Origin: Obrimoposthia wandeli
Taxonomy: Eukaryota
Assembly: GCA_977020255.1 (NCBI GenBank)
Contig: CDROCS010000506.1
Span: 3,100,001-3,164,000, forward strand
Direction: 5' to 3'
Length of the DNA: 64,000 nucleotides
The notes below the pieces were generated by a model. It searched no databases. It saw only the letters and a program-made list of their open reading frames with translations, and was not told where the DNA came from. A program made the translations under genes and the position numbers. Position 1 is the first letter of the stretch. The number at the start of each line of letters is the position of its first letter. Below, in pieces: positions 51,093-60,252 of the stretch.

Positions 51093-52076
51093 ATGCGCCA
51101 TCAGCCTTAATGGCCTCAGTACTGGCTTTTAGTACCTATCCATCTTCAGGCTGTGCGAAAGCCTGTGTTCGAATAGAAAAGCGTTAAATCGGAAGTAACT
51201 ACTTACTTTGATTATAACTTGCAGTCAGCTTCTGGTCAGGATATTAGTTTATCGCGCTTTGTTGAAGAGATTAAAGATGCGGATGTGGTGCTGGTGGGAG
51301 AGTGGCATACCCACACTGGTATTCATCGTTTTCAAACTGAGTTATTACAAGCCATGCTGGCAGATAATGACAATGTCACATTATCAATGGAGCAGTTTAG
51401 TCGTGATAAGCAAGCTATTGTGAATGCTTACTTAGCGGGGGAGATTGGCGAAGGCACATTAATCAAGCAGGGTAATGCATGGCCAAATTACAGCAGTGAT
51501 TACCGCCCATTAGTCGAACTGGCAAAAGCTAACAACATTGATATTATTGCTGCCAATGCACCTAAAAAAATTATCCGCTGTATCGCCAAAGAAGGGATTA
51601 GCTATATTGATAAATTACCGGCAGATGAACGCGCTTGGCTAGCTGAAAATATTAATACGCAAGATTCACCTTATAAAACCCATTTTATGGCCTCGATGCA
51701 TCATGGTGATGAAAGCCAAAATGAAAGTAAATTTGCTTCGCAAGTGACGTGGGATGAAACCATGGCTGAGAGTATCGTTAATTATTTATCAGACGATTTA
51801 AATGCAGGTAAGCAAGTGTTACACATCGCTGGTAAATTCCATACTGAAAATGGCTTAGGTACAGCGTCCAGTATTCTGGCTCGCGCACCGGAATTAAAAG
51901 TCGTCATCGTCACGCCTGTGGATGTAAATAGCGTACTTGTTGGTAATAAAGGCACTGCAAGCGATTATCGATTACAAGTTATTACGCCACCTAAGCAATT
52001 CGTGCAAGAAGCAAACATGATGGCGTCATTTAAAGACTTATCTAAGCGTAATGATAAGTTAACGTGTATTGAATAA
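51093..52076 (+). pseudogene. ChaN-family (iron-regulated, heme-binding) lipoprotein with a frameshifted signal peptide
   Basis: Body 51219-52076 is intact (VLVGEWHTH, SMEQF, WPNYSSDYRPL, WDETMA, GKFH). ATG 51093 hits TAA at codon 6; the lipobox SGC lies in another frame and a TAG precedes the body. Confidence 0.7.
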
Positions 52077-52097
52077 AGCGCTGTTAGATGCTTTTAT

Positions 52098-53039
52098 TTA
52101 ACTGGTTTTAGCTGTCGAGCAGGATGAAGAGTCCTGTTTGATACAACGCGCTAAAATAGCAGTGACAATAAAACCAAAGAGTAAACGTCCCCATAAAATT
52201 GACATCAGATCCGCACCTAATAATAAAATCAAAATAGTATCTTCGATGATGCTGTGAGTGAGTCCTAAAAAGCAGACTGCGAGGAAAATATCACGCTTAC
52301 TTATTTTACCAGTACGTGCTTCATCAATTAATAATCCTGCACCAAAACTTAAGCCCAACACTAAGCCAATCACACAAACGTTAGTGGTTTCTTTGCCGAT
52401 GGTTAACGCTTTTAAAAATGGCGAAAGCAGGTTTTGAATCAGTTTTTCGATACCACACCATTTTAATAAGCGCAGCAATAGCATTAATGCGGCAATAATA
52501 AAAAAGATAGAAAATAGCATGCTGAGTTGTGCCATCGTCCAATCAAATAAACTTGAAGACGCAGGCGTTGGCTGCCAAACAATGACCGCAGGCTGTTGTT
52601 GCCAATTACCTAATTGATAGACCTGATTAGCGATCATACCTAGGATAAAACCACCGCCAATACGCAAAGGCAGGGTGACATGCCAAGATACACCCGATAA
52701 TTTAGCTACCGCGCCTTCCACGGGTAAAGCGTGAGCCAACAGCATCATGATGCCAAGGACTGATACTTGGGCGACGGTCAGTGGACTATCACCGGCTAAA
52801 TCAAAAAAAACAGCCATACCAGTATAGATATTGGTGAGCATTGCTGTTGCCCAGACCAAGCCCATTTCTTCAGGTAAGCCAACTAGACTCATCAACGGCG
52901 CTAGCAATTTACCTAACCACACAGTGCCGCCAATCATATCTAATGCTTTAACGATAATAAGTGCGGGCACCATGACTTTCAGCAGCGTGAGATAAACGCG
53001 CCAGACATCGAGTAATAATGATTTTAAGGTTGTGAACAT
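52098..53039 (-). CDS. Nucleoside-recognition (Gate) domain membrane protein
   Basis: LVGLPEEMGLVW, AHALPVE, LSFGAGLL, HSIIEDT. Confidence 0.8.
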   Translation of the reverse strand: MFTTLKSLLLDVWRVYLTLLKVMVPALIIVKALDMIGGTVWLGKLLAPLMSLVGLPEEMGLVWATAMLTNIYTGMAVFFDLAGDSPLTVAQVSVLGIMMLLAHALPVEGAVAKLSGVSWHVTLPLRIGGGFILGMIANQVYQLGNWQQQPAVIVWQPTPASSSLFDWTMAQLSMLFSIFFIIAALMLLLRLLKWCGIEKLIQNLLSPFLKALTIGKETTNVCVIGLVLGLSFGAGLLIDEARTGKISKRDIFLAVCFLGLTHSIIEDTILILLLGADLMSILWGRLLFGFIVTAILARCIKQDSSSCSTAKTS

Positions 53040-53191
53040 GTGTTTGCTTCCTAGCTGCTAAATAAAGTTGATATTGGTCATAAATAAGTGGTGTTTGATA
53101 CGATCTATTATATTCAACTAGGTAGAAATAATTTCAATAATGGCGTACAAATGTTTATATAAATTTCTTATTTACTAGGCGTTAGTTAATT

Positions 53192-53656
53192 ATGTTTCTC
53201 GACCGACTTGATAAAGCCATTTTACGCCAGTTACAACAAGATGCGTCCGTGAGTAATTTACAACTCGCATCCTTGATTGGCTTGTCGCCACCGGCTTGTT
53301 TTAAGCGGGTAAAAAAGTTAAAAAGCGAAGGTATTATTGCCAGCCAAGTGGTACTGCTTGATCAAGATAAGCTGGGTGCGTGCTTGCATATGATTGTGAG
53401 TGTGGAAATGGAAAGAGACCGTTTAGATTTGAATGATGGTTTTATTAAACGCATTCGTCTCTCGCCTGAAGTCAGGGAGTGTTATCAAGTAACAGGCGGA
53501 ATTGATTTTGTGTTATTGGTGACAGTCGCAAACATGCCTGACTATGAAGATTTTTGTCAGCGTCATTTGTATAGTGAGGCGAATATGAAGAATTTTAAAA
53601 CGCAGATATCGATGAATAGAGTTAAATATGATACCTGCGCTGTTATTCCTGATTAG
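53192..53656 (+). CDS. Lrp/AsnC-family regulator
   Basis: LDRLDKAILRQLQQDA, GLSPPACFKRVKKL, ECYQVTGGIDF. Confidence 0.93.
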   Translation: MFLDRLDKAILRQLQQDASVSNLQLASLIGLSPPACFKRVKKLKSEGIIASQVVLLDQDKLGACLHMIVSVEMERDRLDLNDGFIKRIRLSPEVRECYQVTGGIDFVLLVTVANMPDYEDFCQRHLYSEANMKNFKTQISMNRVKYDTCAVIPD

Positions 53657-53672
53657 GATATTAACGAGTCCG

Positions 53673-54311
53673 TTATAGCAATGCTTGCTTGATAAATGAG
53701 GCCATGCCCTCGATCGTTGCTTGTAAATGCGCTTGATGAGTAAAACCACTTTTTACTCTGGGTTTTAAATCATGGTCACCGTCTGTTAACCACAAAAATT
53801 CAATATCCTTTGGCAAACCATAACTGTTTACTTCTTCTCTGGTTCCTAACTTATCACGATCGCCTTGGGCAATAAAAACGGGTTGCTGGATCAATGGAAA
53901 GTGTTCAGTACGCAGCGATTCCGGCTTATTGGCTGGGTGAAAAGGAAAACCTAAACAAGCGATGCCTTTTACTTTCGCGTTAACGGTGAGTTCATCAGTG
54001 CTTGGATCGGATGCCACTAAACTGGCCATACGTCCACCCATGGATTTGCCGCCAATCACCATAGGTTGGTCGATACTGGCAATTAATTGCTGAAACTGAG
54101 CGATTAACTTGGGTGCGCGCTCTGGCGGTCGGCGAGTACCATTATCTACACGTTGTTGCATGTAAGGAAAATTGAAACGTGCTACGCGTATACCTTGTTG
54201 GGCGAGCCCTTTGGCAATCGTTTCCATCACGTCTGAGGTCGCGGGCGCACCAGCGCCGTGCGCAAATACAAATAATGGGCCATCAAGTGGGCCGTTATAA
54301 ATGAGTTCCAT
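53673..54311 (-). CDS. Alpha/beta hydrolase (KANL3/Tex30-like)
   Basis: FAHGAGA, RFNFPYM, GGKSMGGR, QGDRD, DGDHDLKP; start at 54311 or 54326. Confidence 0.88.
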   Translation of the reverse strand: MELIYNGPLDGPLFVFAHGAGAPATSDVMETIAKGLAQQGIRVARFNFPYMQQRVDNGTRRPPERAPKLIAQFQQLIASIDQPMVIGGKSMGGRMASLVASDPSTDELTVNAKVKGIACLGFPFHPANKPESLRTEHFPLIQQPVFIAQGDRDKLGTREEVNSYGLPKDIEFLWLTDGDHDLKPRVKSGFTHQAHLQATIEGMASFIKQALL

Positions 54312-54511
54312 GATCTTCCTATGCAATGAATAGACTCTATGCGGGATAACGCATTAAAAGACCATTGTACGCGATTGCTCGACTATTTATACACGGCTAA
54401 TAGCCACGTAATGACATCATCAGGTTAGCTTCATAGACGGTGAAAATAATAAGTGCTAGTGTGAACTAACTTGAGCTTGATCTGTTACAGCGTAACGTGG
54501 AGATATAACAC

Positions 54512-54889
54512 ATGGAAATGTATGATTCAGTCAATGTATTTGGCGAACAGTTGGAATTATGTGGCGAGGATCCTGTCACTGGCTTTTATCGCGACGGTGC
54601 CTGTAATACCTGCAGTCAAGATGCCGGATCGCATACTGTGTGTATTGCAGTGTCGGCTGAATTCTTAGAATACTCGCGTTTTAAAGGCAATGACTTATCA
54701 ACTCCGGTACCTGAATTTGGATTTGAAGGTTTGCGAGCCGGTGATCGTTGGTGTTTGTGTGCTGCGCGTTGGTTGCAAGCCTTGGAAGATAATATGGCGC
54801 CGAGAGTCTATTTGCAAAGAACACACATTAAAGCACTAGAGATCGTACCGATGGAATTACTGAAACGCTATACAATGGATTTGAGCTAG
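54512..54889 (+). CDS. DUF2237-family protein
   Basis: NVFGEQLELC, TGFYRDGAC, GNDLSTP, GDRWCLCAARW. Confidence 0.92.
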   Translation: MEMYDSVNVFGEQLELCGEDPVTGFYRDGACNTCSQDAGSHTVCIAVSAEFLEYSRFKGNDLSTPVPEFGFEGLRAGDRWCLCAARWLQALEDNMAPRVYLQRTHIKALEIVPMELLKRYTMDLS

Positions 54890-54928
54890 CGTATTAACGA
54901 TGCCCTTTGTCGGTCTCGATTGGCTAAC

Positions 54929-54962
54929 AACATATATTTCTGCTAGTATCGAAATATATGTT
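54929..54962. promoter_or_regulatory. Perfect palindromic operator upstream of arsR
   Basis: AACATATATTTC-N10-GAAATATATGTT, 12-bp arms. Confidence 0.8.
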
Positions 54963-54990
54963 GTTAGCGGTTAACTTGGAGAACTGAAAA

Positions 54991-55308
54991 ATGGATATTG
55001 ATGTAATTGCGAAAGCACTGAAAGAATTGGGGCACCCAACCCGATTAACTATTTTCAAAAGTGTGATCCGCGCCGGTTATCAAGGTATTGCGGTGGGTGG
55101 CTTGCAAGAACAATTAGCCATTCCTGGCTCTACATTATCGCACCATATTTCTAGTTTAGCGTCCGCAGGTTTACTGTCTCAACGTCGTGAAGGTCGTACT
55201 TTGTACTGCGTGGCTGAATACGATAAATTACAATCAGTGATTGGTTTTTTACAAGATGAATGCTGTATTGATGAAGTGATAAGCAATGCCGCTGAGTCTG
55301 TTAAATAG
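54991..55308 (+). CDS. ArsR/SmtB-family regulator
   Basis: LKELGHPTRL, IPGSTLSHH, GRTLYC, C-terminal ECC. Confidence 0.92.
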   Translation: MDIDVIAKALKELGHPTRLTIFKSVIRAGYQGIAVGGLQEQLAIPGSTLSHHISSLASAGLLSQRREGRTLYCVAEYDKLQSVIGFLQDECCIDEVISNAAESVK

Positions 55309-55396
55309 TTATCTATCTATTATTGATATACGTTCCGTGACTCAACGCGAGTACGGAACGACATGGCATTACATAAAATAAAATAGTCTTCTGACT

Positions 55397-55915
55397 TTAC
55401 ATCATCCTCTTCAAAATACGCTTTCCCATCATTTCATGCTTAATGAGTGCGGCTAAATGACAAAGCACTAATGCTGCTAATAACCGGCAGGCGTACAGGT
55501 GCAGGGTTTCAAAAAAGTGAATACTATGTTGCTGTTGTAGTAGCTGTGGGATAGTCAATAATCCAAACACATTGACGTCATGACCCATCATTAATACCCC
55601 ACTAACGAGTACCAGCGAAACGAGTATATAAAGTAAGGTATGTCCGATGTGCGCGAGCTTGGTTTCCAATATCGACATTGCGGGGTGTGGTGCCGGTACT
55701 CCGTATTTTAATCTGTGGTAAATACGCCAGCAAAACAGCGGAATAAATACCGTTGTTAGCGATACATTGAAACGTAAAATATGACTTTTAATATTCGTGT
55801 CCAATTCAAAAAAGGCGATGTATAACCCCGAGATACTTGCCCATAAGATCACGAGTGCGGAGATCCAATGCAGGTATTTTGCGGTGCTATCAAATTGATG
55901 AGTGAGTTGATGCAT
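55397..55915 (-). CDS. Cytochrome b561 (YceJ/CybB-like)
   Basis: AKYLHW, HIGHTLLY, CHLAALIKH heme-ligand helices. Confidence 0.85.
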   Translation of the reverse strand: MHQLTHQFDSTAKYLHWISALVILWASISGLYIAFFELDTNIKSHILRFNVSLTTVFIPLFCWRIYHRLKYGVPAPHPAMSILETKLAHIGHTLLYILVSLVLVSGVLMMGHDVNVFGLLTIPQLLQQQHSIHFFETLHLYACRLLAALVLCHLAALIKHEMMGKRILKRMM

Positions 55916-55943
55916 ATGTGTTCCTACTTTCGTGCAGATAAAA

Positions 55944-55972
55944 AAACAGCGTAAATATGATTTACGCTGTTT
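55944..55972 (-). terminator. Terminator after gbpA
   Basis: AAACAGCGTAAAT-ATG-ATTTACGCTGTTT; T-run on the minus strand. Confidence 0.75.
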
Positions 55973-56027
55973 GACTTACATTGAGTTATTTTAAGCGGCT
56001 TATTAACAAGCGGCGATTAACTATGTG

Positions 56028-57452
56028 CTACGAGCAAGGGCCAACTAATACCCAACCTGTATATAACGTATCTGGAGTGCGGCCTACATCGGTCCAGCGC
56101 TCTGCACGATAAACATTATCTTGGTAAGAAACTTCTTGGCCTGGTTTGTATTGCTTGCTGATATCAATTGCTTGAATATCTTGGCAGTCGCCCGGTACTT
56201 CAGCATCTACGACATTAAAGTTATTTGACTCTTGTAGCGATAAGTTACTGTCATCGTTTGAGTTAGCGATGGAGACTAATTTAAAAGCGCCTGCCGTTAC
56301 ATTTTCAAGTGATAAGGTAAAACTTTTAACAGTATCGTTCACATTGTCAGATATTGATGCAATCGCTTTATTATTTGCATCAAAGATGGTGTTGCTGACA
56401 TTTAAGTTACCCACAGCTTCAATGCTAAAGGTCACCGTAACCGTATTGTTGTCGATCACATATTCATCTTCTAGACCTAAAACAGTGATGCTATCGTCAA
56501 CTGGAATATCAGCTTTAATAATATCCACTTCAACAGAAGTCAGGTTCGAATCTGCTTTTAGGTAAACAGGGTTGTTACCGTAAACAGGGGTGAATACATC
56601 TTCGTCACTCTTCGATCCCGCTTGAGCATTGGCTTGCTCGGTATTGATTGCTTTCGCGAGGTTGTAAGACCACGTGTTCTTTTGACCGTTGGCGGCAGAG
56701 TTAATTTCAATGATGGTTTCGGTGGTAAACGAACCCACAGATGAATCAAAGAAGCGTGCTTTGACTTTATCGCCAGCGACTAAATCTTCTTTAGGTGCGA
56801 TGGTGGTACTTTGCTGCCAAACATCTGCTGGTGGCGGTGGTGTGCCATCATCAGCAAATTCCACATCGATTACATTGTAAAATGCATTGGCGGTATCATC
56901 GATAGTCCACACTGACAGGATCACTTGATAACCATTACGTTCAGGCACATTACAGCTATGTGCTTCACCTAAATCTTTAAGCGGTTGCTGACCATCCATA
57001 TCAATCACACAGAAAGGATTCGCTAAATCAAACGACTCGCGCGTTAATGGGGCGTTTTGGTTCCAATCTGGCTTGGTGATGTAATACACATAATCTGTGG
57101 TTTTGTGATTGGCAGTGCTGAACCAATGGAAGTCATTTAGACCCGCTTGGATCTTAGTTTTGTACCATTTGTTTGACGATTGCAGGTCGAGTACATCAAA
57201 TGACCCGCCTTTTTGTGCTGATGCAATCTGACCATCAACAGGACCGTTAGTAGGAAAACCTTTTGATGCTTCCAAGCTTTGTCTATCATATGATGCATTA
57301 GCGCAATCATTTTTTGACCCGTTACTTGAGTGGCATAAATTAACACGAGAAGGGAACTCGCCAGCGACAAAACCGTGTGCAATAGCGAGTGTTGGCATTA
57401 AGGCTGCTGATACAGTGAGGGCACTGAATGACGCTAATATTATTTTTTTCAT
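56028..57452 (-). CDS. gbpA: GbpA-type AA10 lytic polysaccharide monooxygenase / GlcNAc-binding protein
   Basis: Signal peptide then His1 (A-HGF), TANH, NAFY; GbpA domains 2 and 3; C-terminal CBM5/12-like module (VSYQDNVYRAERWT...W). Confidence 0.9.
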   Translation of the reverse strand: MKKIILASFSALTVSAALMPTLAIAHGFVAGEFPSRVNLCHSSNGSKNDCANASYDRQSLEASKGFPTNGPVDGQIASAQKGGSFDVLDLQSSNKWYKTKIQAGLNDFHWFSTANHKTTDYVYYITKPDWNQNAPLTRESFDLANPFCVIDMDGQQPLKDLGEAHSCNVPERNGYQVILSVWTIDDTANAFYNVIDVEFADDGTPPPPADVWQQSTTIAPKEDLVAGDKVKARFFDSSVGSFTTETIIEINSAANGQKNTWSYNLAKAINTEQANAQAGSKSDEDVFTPVYGNNPVYLKADSNLTSVEVDIIKADIPVDDSITVLGLEDEYVIDNNTVTVTFSIEAVGNLNVSNTIFDANNKAIASISDNVNDTVKSFTLSLENVTAGAFKLVSIANSNDDSNLSLQESNNFNVVDAEVPGDCQDIQAIDISKQYKPGQEVSYQDNVYRAERWTDVGRTPDTLYTGWVLVGPCS

Positions 57453-57841
57453 ATCATAAACTCCATGTTAATTAAAATTTGTAACGCGCTGGCATAGAAC
57501 GGTGTTGTCCCCCATTGTCGCTCGATTATCATAACGACGTGTCACAACTGTCTCTAGAGTAATAATTATTTCTATTTGTAAAAACATGCCTAGTGGATAA
57601 ACGATCCCTTAGACCACTTCGTATCTAGGCATTTATTAAAATAAAATTAAAATTATTACTGTGGAATCAACGTCTGTATCAACATATATTCAAAATTATG
57701 TTGTTTAGTGGTGTTTTTATTTTAAACTTAGTGTTTAATGTCGCTGAATAATGACGATGATGAAGTTTGCTATTACGGTATTAAGTATGAATGGAAGTGA
57801 AAATGGGATATAAAAAATACTCTTATCCAAAAACAATAATC

Positions 57842-58756
57842 ATGAGGGTATTTTCTAAACTTTAAGAAAAAATACGATTCATATCATCTTTCAGCGCGAA
57901 GGTCTCCGGCTTATTAAATGAAAGTGGAAGCTGGGGCTCCTTTGATAGCTTGGATACGATATCTATTAGTCGTTGGGAGCGTGGTATCAATACCCCTTCT
58001 TTAACGAAGCAGTCTGAAATAGCGGAAGTGTTTGGTGTCGATCTGTTTAATATCTACAGTTCAGATGCTGATTTTGTCGAAGAAAGTGTATACGCAATAC
58101 AATTTTCTGCGGGCGAAAAAAATGACAAAGTAACGCACCCTTATTACAATAATGAGCAATACCATATCGAGTTCATTCACCCTGAACACGTTAAGTTTGA
58201 GCAATTTCTCAAACTTTGTTTAGTGTATGAAGGTAATCCTCGTTTACTGCCTACACATCAAGAAAAAATATCTGCAGCGTTGTTAACATCACTTACCTTA
58301 GTTTCTGCTCTTTGTAATTTTAGCCAATTGGTTGGTCATTGCCTGTTTTGTAAGGTTAATAGCAAAGCATTGTTTGAGTTTATGAATAACAGCATTGGTA
58401 TCCTTGATTTATTGGCCAGTACGCAACAACATCAAGCGAATGTATTGGTGGTGTTTTCGTCATTTGGGGTATCACCACAAATTGATAATCATATGATGTC
58501 TGTTTATCTGAACCAATTAGCAACGGATAAAACGATTGAGTATTTGAGTTTTAGTACTTGTGATAGCAAGTTGAAACAAAAGTTAATGCAGATGAAGATC
58601 CCGATGTTTAAAGTCAAACCGATTGAGAAAAACGCTAAAATTATTCAGAACTATTCGTTTATTATGAGTCGCTCTGAAGTTATGGCCAATCGAAATATGC
58701 TGATGTTGTCTGTTATACCGACACGAGACATGCAACCTACAACTACCGGTATATAG
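57842..58756 (+). pseudogene. XRE/HTH_3-family regulator with a premature stop at codon 8
   Basis: ATG 57842 reads MRVFSKL-TAA(57863-57865)-EKIRF...LLNES...LDTISISRWERG in one frame. The ORF-track start at TTG 57950 lacks the first HTH helices. Confidence 0.75.
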
Positions 58757-58766
58757 TGGAGTCATT

Positions 58767-59969
58767 ATGAATATTTTAATTGTTGATGATCAAAAGTTTG
58801 TCCGAGAAGCGATTAAAGCCGATCTTGCAGAGAACACCTTACATAACAAGGTTAAAACGTTCGAGGCTGAGAATGCCCAGCAAGGTATCGAAGCCATCGT
58901 TGCGATGAAAGGTAATATCGATTTACTTATCTTAGATTTAAAAATGGATAACAGTGATGGCATGGAAGTCATCAACTTTTTATCTGTACAGAGTCGCTAT
59001 GCCACGATACCACTGGCTGTGATCAGTTCGTCAGATAAACGTACGCTTGAGTTGGTCAACAGTATTGCCTGTGGGTTGAAATTGAATGTCGTGGGTGTGT
59101 TTGAAAAACCGATTGATATGGATACTATATTAGCTGAAACGCTACGTTTACAAAGTGTTAGTGATAATCCGCCAGAGGTTACGGCGACGGAGGCTGTGTC
59201 TGATTATGATATAACCCAGTTACTCGCAGATGAGCAAGTCTTGCTTTGCTTTCAACCTCAAGTTGATATGAAAAGTAAAGCGATTACGGGCTTTGAAGTG
59301 TTAGCGAGAATGTATGATGAAAATGGTTATATTTATCCTGATACCTTTATACCTTTGATTTATGAAATTGGACTAAACGCTCAATTTACCAAAATCATTA
59401 TTGCGAAAGCATTCAAACTTTGGACACATGAGACTAACCTCGCTGGTTATACTCTATCGATTAACGTCACCGCACAAGATTTGATTAATCATGATTTGAT
59501 TGATTACATTATCCGTCAAAAGCAAGCACACTCGCACATAAAGCTAATCTTAGAGTTGACCGAATCACAAGAAATAATGAATCAAGCGAGTGTATTAAAC
59601 TCAATCGCGCGACTGATAATTAATGGTATTCGCATCTCGTTGGATGATTTTGGTAAGAGCTATTCAACCTATGAACGTTTGGATACTATTCCCTTTAATG
59701 AAATTAAAATAGATCGCTCTTTTGTGTGTGATATTGATACCAATGAACAGCATCGTCTTATTGTTGAGTCGACGATCGCCTTAGCTAAAAAAATGTCGGT
59801 GAATGTCGTTGCTGAAGGCATTGAAACAGAAAGCGTGCTTAATATTTTAGATGATCTTGGTTGCGATATCGCACAAGGATATTTATATAGTCCGCCCATG
59901 GAAGGTCGTTATTTAAACGCGTGGATCAATCGCTACGAGCACAAAGAAGTGAGTGGCAATGACAAGTAA
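58767..59969 (+). CDS. REC-EAL response regulator (c-di-GMP phosphodiesterase)
   Basis: IVDD, LILDLKM, FEKP receiver motifs; FQPQ, EVL, ELTES, LDDFG, EIKIDRSF, AEGIET, QGYL. Confidence 0.92.
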   Translation: MNILIVDDQKFVREAIKADLAENTLHNKVKTFEAENAQQGIEAIVAMKGNIDLLILDLKMDNSDGMEVINFLSVQSRYATIPLAVISSSDKRTLELVNSIACGLKLNVVGVFEKPIDMDTILAETLRLQSVSDNPPEVTATEAVSDYDITQLLADEQVLLCFQPQVDMKSKAITGFEVLARMYDENGYIYPDTFIPLIYEIGLNAQFTKIIIAKAFKLWTHETNLAGYTLSINVTAQDLINHDLIDYIIRQKQAHSHIKLILELTESQEIMNQASVLNSIARLIINGIRISLDDFGKSYSTYERLDTIPFNEIKIDRSFVCDIDTNEQHRLIVESTIALAKKMSVNVVAEGIETESVLNILDDLGCDIAQGYLYSPPMEGRYLNAWINRYEHKEVSGNDK

Positions 59970-60252
59970 TATCAGAGATAGCTTAAAAGGCTTCTTTTGC
60001 CGTTATAGTGACGCGCGACGTTTACCACTATATCAAGCGCTAGTGAGCGAATTAACCAATATTCGCTCACAAGCTGGGTTAGTAGAAAACGCCGAAAAAT
60101 TGAATTCACTTAAGCATCAATTTAAAGGTATTTGCCGCTACCTGCACCTCGAACTAGATATGCAGATTGATGCCATGACGACACCTGAACAATTACTTTA
60201 CGCGGTCGATAATATCCACAAACAAGTTGTCGCGATTGAACATGAATTATAA
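59953..60252 (+). CDS. Stand-alone Hpt phosphotransfer protein
   Basis: LKHQFKGIC resembles the H-x-x-KG motif; about 100 aa helical; overlaps both neighbours. Confidence 0.7.
   Translation: MAMTSNIRDSLKGFFCRYSDARRLPLYQALVSELTNIRSQAGLVENAEKLNSLKHQFKGICRYLHLELDMQIDAMTTPEQLLYAVDNIHKQVVAIEHEL

Noticed and set aside
57470-57640. Canonical c-di-GMP-I riboswitch upstream of gbpA
   Set aside because: The conserved GGCAAA/GAAA tetraloop/GACGCAAA elements are absent; kept only as a low-confidence structured leader.
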